This document shows, piece after piece, positions 63,961 to 64,000 of a stretch of DNA of 64,000 bases. Within the stretch, counting starts at the first letter, position 1. The number at the start of each line of letters is the position of its first letter. The notes below the pieces were generated by a model. That model was not told where the DNA came from. It saw nothing but the letters and a program-made list of their open reading frames with translations, and did not search any database. Made by a program: the position numbers and the translations under genes. Source of the DNA: Chlorokybus atmophyticus (Eukaryota; Plantae; Mesostigma and Chlorokybus algae); NCBI GenBank assembly GCA_009103225.1, contig RHPI01002438.1:1060755-1124754 (forward strand), given 5' to 3'.

Positions 63961-64000
63961 TCAGAGTTGCACTGCAGAGGTACTGTCTGTCGGATCTGCT

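Noticed and set aside
1-64000. CRISPR arrays, rRNA, operons
   Set aside because: Eukaryotic intron-rich DNA with no repeat-spacer arrays or rRNA-like sequence.

Overview
Intron-rich nuclear DNA from a green-lineage eukaryote. A green alga is inferred (possibly an early-diverging streptophyte) from plastid-targeted genes, a plant-type UK-UPRT fusion and PPR-CBS gene, and a Kir channel, a family not known from land plants. About 17 spliced protein-coding genes can be reconstructed from GT-AG junctions, most in tight head-to-head pairs: an MBD4-like glycosylase with an N-terminal zf-4CXXC_R1-like finger, plastid rpl24, RPS9, IMPACT, lycopene epsilon- and beta-cyclases as a divergent pair, a Kir channel, SRP receptor alpha, uridine kinase/UPRT, a sphingomyelinase-like phosphoesterase, PPR-CBS, DUF2358, IspE, HAUS1 and some unknowns. 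There is also a decayed CysRS pseudogene. The best finding is two diverged ~510-bp non-autonomous LTR elements (TRIMs). Both are inserted at a CTCTC target and carry what looks like a split tRNA-type Pol III promoter, with the A box in the LTR and the B box just past the PBS at near-identical spacing. Other items are a MITE-like foldback, an unannotated paralog pair, a 367-bp exact copy of the SRPR 5' end (possibly an assembly artefact) and three N gaps. All exon boundaries and family calls were made by eye, without database searches. No rRNA, tRNA or CRISPR features were found.
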